Source: Chiloscyllium plagiosum
Taxonomy: Eukaryota
Length of the DNA stretch: 64,000 nt
Assembly (NCBI RefSeq): GCF_004010195.1
Contig: NC_057752.1
Span: 2,393,334-2,457,333 of the forward strand
Reading direction: 5' to 3'
Every line of letters starts with the position of its first letter. Position 1 is the stretch's first letter. This document shows, piece after piece, positions 62,301 to 64,000 of the stretch. The notes under the pieces are model-generated. The model did not search any database. It saw only the letters and a list, made by a program, of their open reading frames with translations, and was not told the DNA's origin. A program made the position numbers and the translations under genes.

Positions 62301-64000
62301 TTTGGGGCCAGTGTGCAGAATTGTTACCTAACTTGTAAGTGTTTCCATTACTTGGACTTCTGGTTAAATAAGAGGCGTTTTAGCAATTTGTCAGAAATTC
62401 AGCAATTGGTTATAAAACTGAGAGGATATGTGAATGGAGCTCAGTCCCATCATAAACTGTGTACAGGTCACAAGGACCATGCCCATTGCAAGCCTTGGGT
62501 GAAATTTTGGTTTGAGTTCCCTATAATTGTAGAGCCTCGATGTGTTCCCACATGATCACAATCCAGTCCTGTGTTAGAAATAGGACCAGGAGGTTATTCA
62601 GTCCATCAAGACTGTTCTGTCATTCAACTGGACTGTTCTGTTCAAGACTGTTCTGTCATTCCATGGCCTCAACTGTTTTCCATTCTGTCGTTAGAACCCT
62701 TGCTGATTTTTCAATATTTAATTTTATTCTTTTCTCAACGTTGCTTTGGAGCTGCGAGCCGAGAGCTAGCAGCTAAAGATGACCTGTGGATTGTGGGCAG
62801 CAGCTTGTGTTAAATAAAAGTTTTTTGCTAACGAGGCCAGGTCTGAAAGTTCATTGCAAGTTGGTTCTGGATCAAAGTGCTTCAAAGATGTTTCATCGCC
62901 TGGGAAAGTAGTTGTTTGGCCACTAACAAGGTCAGTACCTGGCAATTGATGCCAGCGAGTCTGGGAAGGGACCATAATCATCAAACAGAGGCAGGAGCTT
63001 GTTTTTTGGACTGTGTTTCAGGGAGAAGGAGTTTGACTATTGATGCCACAGCATGAAGGTTTGAAAGCTCCCTGCCTAACCTCCCATTAACAACCATTGG
63101 AAATTCAGAGCATAGAAACTAAGGTACAAGTATTGCTGAAACTTCCTCAGAGTGAGCTGGAAAGGTGGTCCTGTTCAATATCTTCAGAAAATCAACCAAG
63201 GAACAATCACCCATCGAGAAAACCGTTTCAGTAATCTGGCCAGTTTTCTTCATCCCTTAACTGTGTTGGTCTATCTGTCTTTTGTGTGAATAGAGCTGTA
63301 AACAAAGATTATTGGGTTTAAATCATAGACATCAATTAGCTGGCTTTGTTGTTTAATTTTGCTCTGCTAAAAGTACCGTACACAACTACAGTTTATAGAA
63401 TTGATTATTCACAGAGTCAGGATTGGTCATTCAAAATGTCTGGTTTGGCACAATTGAGGTCAATTTTGAGGGTCTTTGACAGTTTTAACTTTACTCCGTT
63501 GCAAATACGGAGGTAGGAAGGCTGATTTGATTCAAATGCCCTTCTCCGCGTCGTAACACCGTGTACTCATAGAGAATTATTTTAATGCCCAAGCCTTGTT
63601 TGAAGTTTGGTGACTTGAGCCACATTGTCACTTGAATCCTGTGCCCAACAGCCCAGCTTCCAGTCCTCGGGACACACTCCCGCACATTCACGGACCCACA
63701 AGCTGGTTGAAGCAATCCAAGTTGCGTCTCTCCCACCACTCCAGACCTTGTGTAACCCCGCCCTCCCTGCCAACTGTCCACCATCCAGTAGGGGGCAGGC
63801 TTCCTGAGCAGGTCCAAGGCAGGTATCCTCTGGATTAAGCAATGGGAAACATGGAGATCAATTGACCTGTACCATACGGGTTTCTTCGAGCACGTTGAGT
63901 GAGTGATTGGCCACTACACAGTATAGTGTGAATAAATGTGAGGTGATCCACTTTGTGGCAAAATCAGGAAGGCAGATTATTATCCGACTGGTGATAGATT

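Noticed and set aside
62500..63900. Possible LTR/Gypsy remnant
   Set aside because: No paired LTR, primer binding site or clear pol motif could be supported.

Overview
Eukaryotic, repeat-dense DNA with four assembly gaps, most likely intronic or intergenic. The repeat content (HE1-type V-SINEs sharing a 3' tail with HER1/CR1 LINEs) points to a shark genome; this is an inference. I found no intact protein-coding gene, rRNA, true tRNA or CRISPR array. The ORFs I could assign are decayed retrotransposon fragments or artefacts of gaps and simple repeats. Identifiable elements: many 5'-truncated CR1 LINEs, a second CR1/L2-group LINE with a related tRNA-headed SINE, L1/Tx1-type, RTE and Rex1/Babar LINE fragments, and several Penelope-like element (PLE) families. 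Main signals: (1) short palindromic, TSD-flanked PLE derivatives whose symmetry centre lies at a minimal hammerhead ribozyme motif; (2) hammerhead motifs in further PLE families; (3) a tRNA-headed element that runs into a LINE endonuclease ORF, with SINEs made of the same 5' part plus that LINE's tail; (4) three 53-bp minisatellite arrays grown from inside V-SINEs; (5) a self-derived inverted duplication within a LINE. A few isolated exon-like segments are flagged at low confidence. Repeat boundaries were read by eye and are approximate.
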